In this document: one piece after another, positions 56,373-64,000 of the stretch | How positions within the stretch are numbered: the first letter of the stretch is position 1 | Layout of the letters: the number at the start of each line of letters is the position of its first letter | Assembly (NCBI GenBank): GCA_949300385.1 | Contig: CASGDZ010000001.1 | Span: 157,461 to 221,460, forward strand | Direction: 5' to 3' | Origin: an uncultured Christensenella sp. | Lineage (GTDB): Bacteria; Bacillota; Clostridia; Christensenellales; UBA1242 | DNA length: 64,000 bases | Made by a program: the position numbers and the translations under genes | Notes under the pieces: generated by a model | Database searches by the model: none | Told to the model about the DNA's origin: nothing | What the model saw: only the letters and a program-made list of their open reading frames with translations

Positions 56373-56401
56373 TTGACTAAATCTTTTCTATTTGATAAAA
56401 T
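56373..56401 (+). promoter_or_regulatory. Extended -10 sigma-A promoter abutting the phosphoesterase ATG (leaderless candidate)
   Basis: TTGACT (56373-56378), 17 nt, TGaTAAAAT (-10 at 56396-56401), 7 nt (TAATTAA), ATG at 56409. No SD. Confidence 0.55.
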
Positions 56402-56408
56402 TAATTAA

Positions 56409-57107
56409 ATGAAAGTCTTTTCAATAAGCGATTTACATCTAGATATAAATAATACTAAGCCGATGGATATATTCGGCCCTATTTGGCATGATCATTTAGA
56501 CAAAATAATACAAGACTGGAATAATAAAGTTAATGATGACGATGTAGTTATTCTTGCAGGCGATTATTCGTGGGCGATGAAATTAGAAGATGTTATTCCC
56601 GATTTTGAACTATTAAACAAATTAAAAGGTATTAAAATTATAATTAAAGGTAACCACGATTATTGGTGGAATAGTGTCAGTAAAGTGCGCGAAAATTTGC
56701 CAAAAAATTGTTACGCTTTACAAAACGACGCAATCAAAATTGGCGATTATATTTTTTGTGGAAATCGCGGCTGGCTTATTCCAGAAGGTAAATTTAATAA
56801 TGAAGAAAATAGGCGCATTTACGCACGCGAACTTATTAGACTTAATTTGTCACTAAATAGCGCTAAAAAGTTACAGACCAACGATGAAAAAATTATCTAT
56901 ATTACCCACTTCCCCCCTTTTAATAGCAAGATTGAAGAAAACGAATATACTAAGACAATTGAAGATTTTGGTGTGTCCGCGGTCGTATTCGCTCATCTCC
57001 ATGGCTATGTAAACCCTAAAATGATTTATAATGAAATCAATTCAGTTAAATATTATTTGACAAGTTGTGATGTGGTGAAAAACAAATTGGTTGAAATTTC
57101 AATTTAA
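56409..57107 (+). CDS. Calcineurin-like metallophosphoesterase
   Basis: 232 aa. ISDLHLD, LAGDYSW, KGNHDYWW and a FAHLHG block. Confidence 0.85.
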   Translation: MKVFSISDLHLDINNTKPMDIFGPIWHDHLDKIIQDWNNKVNDDDVVILAGDYSWAMKLEDVIPDFELLNKLKGIKIIIKGNHDYWWNSVSKVRENLPKNCYALQNDAIKIGDYIFCGNRGWLIPEGKFNNEENRRIYARELIRLNLSLNSAKKLQTNDEKIIYITHFPPFNSKIEENEYTKTIEDFGVSAVVFAHLHGYVNPKMIYNEINSVKYYLTSCDVVKNKLVEISI

Positions 57108-57180
57108 TAAAAATTTAATAACCTCAAACTAAACATTATTTTAAAAACAAATAGTTTTATATTTTAATAAAAGGAAAATT

Positions 57181-58110
57181 ATGGAATTTAAACATATTTC
57201 AGTTTTAAAATTTGAGTCAATAGATGGTCTTAATATCAACCCAGATGGCATTTATGTAGATTGTACAACGGGCGGTGGTGGTCATTCACTTGAAATTGCT
57301 AAAAAATTAAATAATGGTAGATTAATTTGCATTGACAAAGACACGGACGCGCTTTCATTTGCTAAGACAAGATTAAAAGACTATTCTAATAAAATAACCT
57401 TTGTGAACGACAATTTTGCCAACATTGACTTAATTTTAGATAGTTTAAATATCGATTTTGTTGATGGCATTTTAGCCGATTTAGGTGTAAGTAGTTATCA
57501 AATTGATACAGCTGAGCGCGGTTTTAGTTTTATGCATGATTCTCGACTTGATATGCGTATGAATAAATCTCAAACTCTCTCTGCATATGAAGTCGTTAAC
57601 ACATATAGCGAAGAAGATTTATCTCGTATAATGTTTCAGTATGGTGAAGAAAAAAATGCACGACAAATTGCACGAAAAATAGTTAAACTTCGTGAGAAAA
57701 AACCTATTGAAACGACTTTTGAATTGCGCGATATTGTAAAGTCTAGTTATCCGCCTAAATTTAAAAATAAAACTACTCTGCCAAACAAAGTTTTTCAAGC
57801 AATTCGTATTGAAGTAAATAACGAACTTAATGATTTGACGATTTCAGTCGAAAAAATGTTGTCAAAATTGAAAAAAAATGGTAGACTATGTATAATAACT
57901 TTTCATCCACTTGAAGATAGAATCGTTAAAAACCTCTTTAAACTCCACTCTACTGATTGTATTTGCCCACCTAAAATACCTAAATGTATATGTGGACATA
58001 AGGCGGATATAAAACTTATAACAAAGCACCCTATTGTACCAAGTGAAAAAGAACTTAATGAAAATTCTAGGAGTTCAAGTGCAAAATTGAGGATAGCCGA
58101 AAAGTTATAA
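57181..58110 (+). CDS. rsmH: 16S rRNA (cytosine1402-N4)-methyltransferase
   Basis: 309 aa. HISVL, DCTTGGGGHS, DLGVSSYQID and ITFHPLEDRIVK. Confidence 0.95.
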   Translation: MEFKHISVLKFESIDGLNINPDGIYVDCTTGGGGHSLEIAKKLNNGRLICIDKDTDALSFAKTRLKDYSNKITFVNDNFANIDLILDSLNIDFVDGILADLGVSSYQIDTAERGFSFMHDSRLDMRMNKSQTLSAYEVVNTYSEEDLSRIMFQYGEEKNARQIARKIVKLREKKPIETTFELRDIVKSSYPPKFKNKTTLPNKVFQAIRIEVNNELNDLTISVEKMLSKLKKNGRLCIITFHPLEDRIVKNLFKLHSTDCICPPKIPKCICGHKADIKLITKHPIVPSEKELNENSRSSSAKLRIAEKL

Positions 58111-58117
58111 TTAACAT

Positions 58118-58654
58118 ATGGATTTAGAGAAAGAAAAAGAATCAAGAACTGAAACCATGGTAGATAGCGAGCAGGCAGTGAAAAAAGAAAGCGTGCTCAA
58201 TGATTTGCCCGACCTAAGCGACTTATTAAAGAGTGAGCAAGAGATCAAAGTCTCATCTCTCCCTACTCTAAAAGGACTAAAACAGGCAGAAGATGCTACT
58301 CTAAGTGAAAATAAAGTTTTTACTAAAAAAAGCGATGAGAAAAAGGCTTTAATAAAGAAAAGAGTTAAAGTACTAACTGGAGTATATATTGCAGTTGCTA
58401 CACTTTTATTTGCTTTCGTTGGTATAAATTTAGTAACTTTAGCTATTTTAAATCGAGATATAAATACAAATGCAGATACAGTTATTGAAACACAACTTCA
58501 AATAGCAATGGAAGATACCCCATCTGCAGATGCTCCTCCAACAGGCGAAGATATCACAATAACATTGAATGAACCACGCGATTATAGTGATGATGAACAA
58601 GAGTTAACTTTTTTAGATAAACTCACAATAATATTTAGAAATATATTCGGTTAA
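58118..58654 (+). CDS. Bitopic membrane protein at the ftsL position (FtsL analogue uncertain)
   Basis: 178 aa. An acidic ~85-aa N-terminal region, one TM helix (VLTGVYIAVATLLFAFVGINLVTLAIL) and a ~65-aa extracytoplasmic tail. Directly follows rsmH. No SD. Confidence 0.45.
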   Translation: MDLEKEKESRTETMVDSEQAVKKESVLNDLPDLSDLLKSEQEIKVSSLPTLKGLKQAEDATLSENKVFTKKSDEKKALIKKRVKVLTGVYIAVATLLFAFVGINLVTLAILNRDINTNADTVIETQLQIAMEDTPSADAPPTGEDITITLNEPRDYSDDEQELTFLDKLTIIFRNIFG

Positions 58655-58772
58655 AATTAAGTTAGTGTAAATTTTAAACATTATAAAATTAGTACAAAAA
58701 AAAGGAACTATACATATAAAGTAAAGTCCTTTTTTTAATTCAAGTCTGTTTTACTTAAACTATTTTTTTATT

Positions 58773-59393
58773 TTAATTTTGCGTATCATTTTGTGTGTTT
58801 TGATTGCTTTTAGAAGCGTTCAATTTTTCTTCTGCTCTTTTATTTCGTTCATACAGCATCATCAATTTAGGTCGATTATATCTTTGAATAATAACCGGCA
58901 TAATATTAATTATCAAACTTGCAATAACCATAGGAAGCGAGATTAAAAAGCACAATTTTATATCTGTAAAAAGTGCAGTTATAGAAAATATTGCGCTAAG
59001 CGAGTGCATGACTTCAGCATAAATTGTCTCTTGCATAAATTTCATAATAAGTTTGTTATCATGTGTATTTGCAATTTTAGATTTATCAAAACCTACCAAC
59101 AACTTACCCAACTCTGGAATTTTATCTTTCCAACGCCTTACGCCAAGCGATAAATATAATTTTGGTTCCCATTTATGTACTTTAAAAAATTTAGAATATG
59201 GATTAACATTTTTAGGCATAAGCAACCTAGTTAAACTAGCAAAAAGGACATTAACTCCTACCACTATAATTAATGAAATAAGGACTTTCTGCATTGCATA
59301 ACCTTCCGTTATGTTAAAAAAAGGTACGCCGACAAATACGGCAAGCATACATGAAATTAAAACTGCTACTATTGTCAAAATCTTAAAGCACAT
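58773..59393 (-). CDS. Glycosyl-4,4'-diaponeurosporenoate acyltransferase (CrtO)-like membrane protein
   Basis: 206 aa. The VRRWKDKIPE and PVIIQRYNRPKL blocks match the VRKWK and IIVQRYNRPRL blocks of S. aureus CrtO as I remember them. Confidence 0.55.
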   Translation of the reverse strand: MCFKILTIVAVLISCMLAVFVGVPFFNITEGYAMQKVLISLIIVVGVNVLFASLTRLLMPKNVNPYSKFFKVHKWEPKLYLSLGVRRWKDKIPELGKLLVGFDKSKIANTHDNKLIMKFMQETIYAEVMHSLSAIFSITALFTDIKLCFLISLPMVIASLIINIMPVIIQRYNRPKLMMLYERNKRAEEKLNASKSNQNTQNDTQN

Positions 59394-59562
59394 TTTATCC
59401 TACTTTTTCATATTATAATAATATGTGTTAACTTTGTCAAATAAAATTTTTATTTAATAATTTTATAAAAATTTTTTAAAAATTAAGTAAATTTGACAAA
59501 ATTTTTAACTAAATTGTGCTAATTTTTTATACTTTTTAAAAATTTTTTGCTTTTTAACAATT

Positions 59563-59591
59563 TTGTATCATTTTGAATATAGATGTATTAT
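59563..59591 (+). promoter_or_regulatory. Candidate sigma-A promoter of the 221-aa orphan gene
   Basis: TTGTAT (59563-59568), 17 nt, TATTAT (59586-59591), about 20 nt before the ATG. Confidence 0.4.
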
Positions 59592-59611
59592 AGAAAACTT
59601 AGGAGGTAAAA

Positions 59612-60277
59612 ATGTCTTTCTATACAGATTCACGACCAGGCATATTCCCTGGGCAGACAAACAATGTATTGAATGGACTTTGCGAAAGAATTTGCATACA
59701 AACGACAAAAGTTTTTGACGCATGTATGAATCAAAGTCAAATCGATAACTATTCACTTACATTGACAGATTTTAATCCGTCTGGACCTACTACTCCATTG
59801 ACTTTTGTAAGTGGAAGTTCGTTAGGATCTAGCGCAACAGTTAGCGGTCTAAATATAACAAGATTCGAAGATAGACCAAACTTCGCACGAGTACAGGCGA
59901 CTATCAATATCCCAGTTACTGTTACATACACTGATGCTAGCAATGTTCCGGGAACGGCTACAGGCACCATTTCATTATCGCAAGATGTTGTATTATATGT
60001 ACCTCAACCATCTCTTACTCCTATCGATGTTATAGCATTTGGTAGCGCTGTCATTTCTTCAGGAACTTACAACACATCTACAGGTGCATTTGATATAAGT
60101 GCATGTGTGACTACAATATTAAAAGTAGTTGCAACCGTTGATGTGCTTGTACCAAGTTATGGATATTGCCCTATCCCACCATGTACTCCATTCACAGGCG
60201 ATGATGTCTGCCCAGGAGTATTTGACCTACCATTATATCCAACCGCAGTAAGTCCAAGATCGACAAACGCAAGATAG
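59612..60277 (+). CDS. Orphan Thr/Ser/Val/Pro-rich, Cys-capped, beta-rich protein (possible spore-surface or structural protein)
   Basis: 221 aa. Perfect AGGAGGT SD 4 nt upstream and a strong terminator downstream. No signal peptide or TM helix. Cys at 24, 28, 38 and at 165, 186, 191, 200. Noticeably more GC-rich than its flanks. Confidence 0.6.
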   Translation: MSFYTDSRPGIFPGQTNNVLNGLCERICIQTTKVFDACMNQSQIDNYSLTLTDFNPSGPTTPLTFVSGSSLGSSATVSGLNITRFEDRPNFARVQATINIPVTVTYTDASNVPGTATGTISLSQDVVLYVPQPSLTPIDVIAFGSAVISSGTYNTSTGAFDISACVTTILKVVATVDVLVPSYGYCPIPPCTPFTGDDVCPGVFDLPLYPTAVSPRSTNAR

Positions 60278-60311
60278 TAAATAATATAATGTTGGATATA
60301 GCAACAAAAAA

Positions 60312-60346
60312 AAGATAGTGATAACAAACTTTCACTATCTTTTTTA
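60312..60346 (+). terminator. Intrinsic terminator after the 221-aa gene
   Basis: AAGATAGTGA-10 nt loop-TCACTATCTT followed by TTTTT. Confidence 0.75.
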
Positions 60347-60412
60347 TTTAAATAATAATGTAAATAAGTCTTATTAAAATTTAATAATAAATCAATGAGT
60401 TTAGACTAATAT

Positions 60413-60478
60413 TTTTGAAACTAAAAAAAGGAACATATGCAAAATTCCTTTTTCTTTTTTTTCTGATAGTTTCAAAAT
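60413..60478. terminator. Nested (compound) hairpin, bidirectional terminator-like
   Basis: Outer 11-12 bp stem TTTTTGAAACTA (60413-60424) / TAGTTTCAAAA (60468-60478) encloses the inner hairpin AAAAAGGAA-CATATGCAAAA-TTCCTTTTT and a T-run. Lies downstream of engB (-). Confidence 0.5.
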
Positions 60479-60532
60479 GGTTTAACCTTAATATTATTTT
60501 TATTAATTTATAAAGAAAAACTTATGCTCTTA

Positions 60533-61114
60533 TTATTTAATATATCCTTCTACCAATTTGGCTATCTCTTCTACTCCAGACTTTTTTATAGAACTAGTTA
60601 TAATAATTCTATCTTTATTGAAACGCAAATCTTCAGACAAATTTTGGATGTTTATATTTAATTGATTTCGCGTAATCTTATCCGTTTTTGTTAGTATTAG
60701 TACAACAGGTATTTCAAGCTCGGCTAAATAATCTAACATATCTTTATCTAAATTTGAAGCAGGTAGTCTACTATCCAACAACAAGAGCACTATTTTTAAG
60801 CGGTAATTATTTACAAAATATTCATTTAAGAGTTTATCCCAACTGTTAGATGTTGTTTTTGATGCTTGATTATAGCCATATCCGGGTAAATCAACTAAAT
60901 AAAATTCTTCATTTACATTAAAATAATTGACTAATCGTGTTCTTCCCGGAGTTGAACTTGTCTTAGCCATTTTTTTGTTGTTAGTTAGTAAATTTATTAG
61001 GCTACTTTTCCCCACATTGCTTCGCCCAACAAGTGCTACTTGTGGGAGTTCATCCTTTATGAAACCATTACTATTACTCGCACTCTTAATAAATTTTACA
61101 TTAATAAATCTCAT
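60533..61114 (-). CDS. engB: Ribosome biogenesis GTP-binding protein YsxC/EngB
   Basis: 193 aa. G1 GRSNVGKSSLIN, G3 DLPGYG and G4 TKTD. Confidence 0.92.
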   Translation of the reverse strand: MRFINVKFIKSASNSNGFIKDELPQVALVGRSNVGKSSLINLLTNNKKMAKTSSTPGRTRLVNYFNVNEEFYLVDLPGYGYNQASKTTSNSWDKLLNEYFVNNYRLKIVLLLLDSRLPASNLDKDMLDYLAELEIPVVLILTKTDKITRNQLNINIQNLSEDLRFNKDRIIITSSIKKSGVEEIAKLVEGYIK

Positions 61115-61181
61115 TCCTGTATTCTACTATATTTGCCCTTGTTTGTCAAATCTATATATTAAAAAGATTTCTTGATAATTA

Positions 61182-61210
61182 TTGACTTTATCGAACATAT
61201 GTTCTATAAT
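61182..61210 (+). promoter_or_regulatory. dinB promoter with an embedded LexA (Cheo/SOS) box
   Basis: TTGACT (61182-61187), 17 nt, TATAAT (61205-61210). The spacer contains CGAACATATGTTCT (61192-61205), which matches the Firmicute LexA consensus CGAAC-N4-GTTCG in 13 of 14 positions. Confidence 0.7.
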
Positions 61211-61228
61211 ATATCAAAGGAGATAATT

Positions 61229-62416
61229 ATGTGCAGTGAGAAAAGTCGTGCGATTTTACATGTAGATATGAATAATTTTTATGCCTCGACCGAATGTTTA
61301 CTTAACCCTAGTCTTAAAAATTATGCTGTCGCAGTTGCTGGCGACCCAAATAAACGCACAGGTGTGATTTTAGCAAAAAATTATCTCGCTAAAATCTATG
61401 GTGTGAAGACGGGCGAAGCAATTTGGGAAGCGAAACAAAAATGCCCTTCTCTTATAACAGTTGCGCCAAATTTTGACAAATACTTAGAATTTAGCAAACG
61501 CGCGCACGACATATATTATCAATATACAGATTTAATAGAGCCTTTTGGCATAGACGAATGCTGGCTTGATGTTACGGATAGTTTAAGGTTATTTAATTGT
61601 TCGGCATATGAACTCGCTAAACGAATTCAAAAGCAAATATTAGATGAAATCGGCTTAACCGTCTCGATTGGAGTATCATTTGGAAAAACTTTGGCAAAAC
61701 TTGGAAGTGATATGAAAAAACCACTAGGACTTACAGTAATTGATAAAAACAATCATATTGAAATATTAAAAAAACTAAAGGTCGATGATATGATTATGAT
61801 AGGTAAGCATACTGCTAAAAAATTACGCAACATGAATATAAATTCATTGTATGACTTATATCTACAACCTATTGAGTTTTTAAAAAAGCATTTTGGAATA
61901 ATTGGATTGTATTTACACAACGCCGTATCAGGGACAGATGACGACCATCTCATCACGCCCAAAGATGAAGATACTAAGAGCGTTGGAAATGGCGCCACGG
62001 CTGTACATGATATGACGACATTGGACGAAATCAAATCTTTTTTGCACGACTTGGCAATTAAAGTTTCTAGACGATTGCGCGCCCATAGTTTTAGAGCAAA
62101 AACAATACATTTATCTATTAAATATGCTGATTTTACTTACTCTTCTGCACAGCATACACATAATCACTTCTTTAGCAATGAACAGGATATATTTAAGTTT
62201 GCATACGAAATATTTTTATCACTCGCGGGCGAAAAATTTGCGCCCGTTCGCGCGCTAAGAATATGTACTTGCAATCTTAAAACGGGCAACGAAGAAGAAC
62301 AAGTGAACTTATTTACTAACACAAAAAATGAACAACTATGTTTAGCAATAGATAAAATAAAAGATAAGTTTGGAGAAAATTGTATAAGTCTAGCAAAAGA
62401 TTATAAATCATTTTAA
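61229..62416 (+). CDS. dinB: DNA polymerase IV (Y-family)
   Basis: About 395 aa from the ATG at 61229 (AAGGAG SD). ILHVDMNNFYAS, SIDECWLD-like GIDECWLDVT and the SIGVSFGKTLAKL block. Confidence 0.9.
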   Translation: MCSEKSRAILHVDMNNFYASTECLLNPSLKNYAVAVAGDPNKRTGVILAKNYLAKIYGVKTGEAIWEAKQKCPSLITVAPNFDKYLEFSKRAHDIYYQYTDLIEPFGIDECWLDVTDSLRLFNCSAYELAKRIQKQILDEIGLTVSIGVSFGKTLAKLGSDMKKPLGLTVIDKNNHIEILKKLKVDDMIMIGKHTAKKLRNMNINSLYDLYLQPIEFLKKHFGIIGLYLHNAVSGTDDDHLITPKDEDTKSVGNGATAVHDMTTLDEIKSFLHDLAIKVSRRLRAHSFRAKTIHLSIKYADFTYSSAQHTHNHFFSNEQDIFKFAYEIFLSLAGEKFAPVRALRICTCNLKTGNEEEQVNLFTNTKNEQLCLAIDKIKDKFGENCISLAKDYKSF

Positions 62417-62992
62417 ATGCATATAATATATAATATGAAGTTTTGGGCAATCTTTATTATCGTAGCTAGTGGATTTTGCTTTATTTTAGCAGGATATAAT
62501 TTACTAATCGTTGCCACCCACCCTATAAAATTTAATGATCAAATTATTTTATACTCTAATGAATTTTCGCTCGATCCCTCCCTTGTTGCTAGCCTTATAA
62601 ATGTGGAAAGTTCGTATCGTGAAAATGCAGTATCTAATAAATCAGCATTAGGGTTAATGCAAATAAAACTTTCTACTGCAGAATATTTAATTGAATATTA
62701 TAATTTGGACAAGTCTATTACAAGCGAAGAGTTACTAATCCCAAACACGAATATATATTTTGGATGCATGTATTTACGATATCTGATGAATAAGTTTGAA
62801 GATCCTTATACCGCCATCGCGTCATATAATGCGGGAGAAACTCGTGTTCGCGTTTGGTTAAGTGACTCACAATACTCACTAGACGGAACAACGCTTTATA
62901 AAATACCATATAAAGAAACTAGTGATTATATTATAAAAATTAAAAAAAATATTAAATTTTATTCAAAAATTTATATAAATAAACCAAATTAA
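62417..62992 (+). CDS. Membrane-anchored lytic transglycosylase (SLT domain)
   Basis: 191 aa. N-terminal TM helix, catalytic INVESSYRENAVS, GLMQI and SYNAG blocks. Confidence 0.85.
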   Translation: MHIIYNMKFWAIFIIVASGFCFILAGYNLLIVATHPIKFNDQIILYSNEFSLDPSLVASLINVESSYRENAVSNKSALGLMQIKLSTAEYLIEYYNLDKSITSEELLIPNTNIYFGCMYLRYLMNKFEDPYTAIASYNAGETRVRVWLSDSQYSLDGTTLYKIPYKETSDYIIKIKKNIKFYSKIYINKPN

Positions 62993-63127
62993 ACTTAAAA
63001 TTTTATAAAATAATTTAAAATAATAATATTAATTTATAATTAAAAATTTATCAAAAATAATAAAATACTAATATAATTATTATATTTTTATTAAATTATT
63101 AATACCAATATTATGTTTTAGTATTTT

Positions 63128-64000
63128 TTATTGTTTTTTAATGTAAAAATGTAAATTTTTATTAATATTCAAATTTTTTACATTCTTTTTTACTATACAT
63201 TTATTAATTGATTTTTTTATCTTTGATTTATATCTTATGATTTGAATTATCATACTTACTATTAGTATTACAACATACACTCCACTGATTATTCCTGAAA
63301 CCACATATAAATATTTTACTATAAATGAATAACCAACATTGGAAAGTATCATATTAAATAAAGCAACAATAAATGCGCCAAAAACTTTATTTTTATTTTT
63401 AAATAATATCAAATGCATATTATAACTACAAATCATAAGTGTCGAGAAAAGTGCTAATACTAATGTTATAAAATATATATAATAAAATGCGCTATTTAAA
63501 TTAGCACTTAATTCAAACATTGGCATATCTGTAGAAAATGAATTGCTTGCAAAAACCAAAATATTTAATAATATAATTATGCAAATACTAGCGATTACTA
63601 TTAGCCTACCTTTTGTTTTAAATTTTGTTTCAAAAAGCACAGGCAATGCAGCTACGAAATTATTTACTCCAAACAATAATCCATAGAAGATAGCCATATG
63701 TATATTTTCTTTTACAATTGGAAGATTTACATTTTCGGGTGTAATGTTGCCTATTGAGTTGATGATTATAACTGCAATCATTAAAGGAATTATAAGGTTA
63801 GCCACAATCTTTATTTTTGAAATACCGCCTATGAGTAGACATATTGTAATTATTGAAAGTGCTATGGAAATTATATTGTATTTTAATCCAAAAAAGGTTG
63901 AAAACAAATAGTCTGCTCCAGCGAGCATTCCCGCACTTGTAATTGCAAAATTTATCAAAAGGACTATTTTAGATAATTTATGAAATCTTCCAAAAATCTT
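63128..64000 (-). CDS. Polytopic membrane protein (transporter-like, possibly YkvI family); the 5' end lies beyond the window end
   Basis: The reading frame stays open to position 64000 (upstream in-frame codons ...KIFGRFHKLSKIVL before the track's TTG). At least 8 hydrophobic helices and a Lys-rich C-terminus. Confidence 0.45.
   Translation of the reverse strand, partial: KIFGRFHKLSKIVLLINFAITSAGMLAGADYLFSTFFGLKYNIISIALSIITICLLIGGISKIKIVANLIIPLMIAVIIINSIGNITPENVNLPIVKENIHMAIFYGLLFGVNNFVAALPVLFETKFKTKGRLIVIASICIIILLNILVFASNSFSTDMPMFELSANLNSAFYYIYFITLVLALFSTLMICSYNMHLILFKNKNKVFGAFIVALFNMILSNVGYSFIVKYLYVVSGIISGVYVVILIVSMIIQIIRYKSKIKKSINKCIVKKNVKNLNINKNLHFYIKKQ

Noticed and set aside
58106-58120. 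TATAAT located 6 nt upstream of the ATG of the ftsL-position gene (another leaderless candidate)
   Set aside because: There is no acceptable -35 or TGn element and it lies within the rsmH coding end. TATAAT alone is too frequent in this genome.
56227-58772. Inverted repeats at the borders of the inverted rsmH segment
   Set aside because: Comparing 56227-56408 with the reverse complement of 58655-58772 gave only short A/T matches (for example GTTTAAA). There is no convincing repeat to support a recombination mechanism.

Overview
Low-GC chromosomal segment (roughly 30% GC by eye) from an endospore-forming Firmicute, probably Clostridia-like. It uses the standard bacterial genetic code: TGA, TAA and TAG all terminate recognisable genes. 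The window is almost entirely core genome, and about 85% of genes lie on the minus strand. In window order it contains: the spoIIAA-spoIIAB-sigF operon (sigF truncated at the window edge); a six-tRNA operon; an rluA-like/endonuclease-IV-like/cardiolipin-synthase-like operon; S1-domain protein, plsC and ytfP-like genes; rluB-dacB-ytfJ-ytfI-scpB-scpA; recJ-secDF-yajC-tgt-queA-ruvBAC-yebC; rplT-rpmI-infC with an attenuator leader; a lipid/aldehyde gene group (Fe-ADH, ALDH3-type, YhhN, AIG1-like); thrS with a Thr T-box; an ABC importer; a dcw cluster (ftsZ, ftsA, ftsQ, murA, SEDS protein, murD, mraY, murE, class B PBP) whose rsmH end is inverted; and engB, dinB (with an SOS box) and an SLT-domain gene. 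I found no transposase, integrase, CRISPR array, rRNA or obvious prophage. The candidates I think most deserve follow-up are: (1) the YhhN + AIG1/FAR-17a-like + ALDH3-type + Fe-ADH group, as a possible ether-lipid (plasmalogen) turnover module; (2) a plus-strand two-gene cassette (80-aa protein plus an SF2 DExH helicase with a C-terminal HA domain) inserted between rplT and a TrmH-family gene; (3) a monocistronic, strongly signalled, Cys-capped, beta-rich 221-aa orphan protein; (4) a cardiolipin-synthase-like protein that has lost the His and Lys of both HKD motifs; and (5) several genes whose consensus sigma-A promoters abut the start codon with no Shine-Dalgarno sequence (leaderless architecture). 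All functional calls come from motif recognition by eye and remembered family knowledge. No searches were run.
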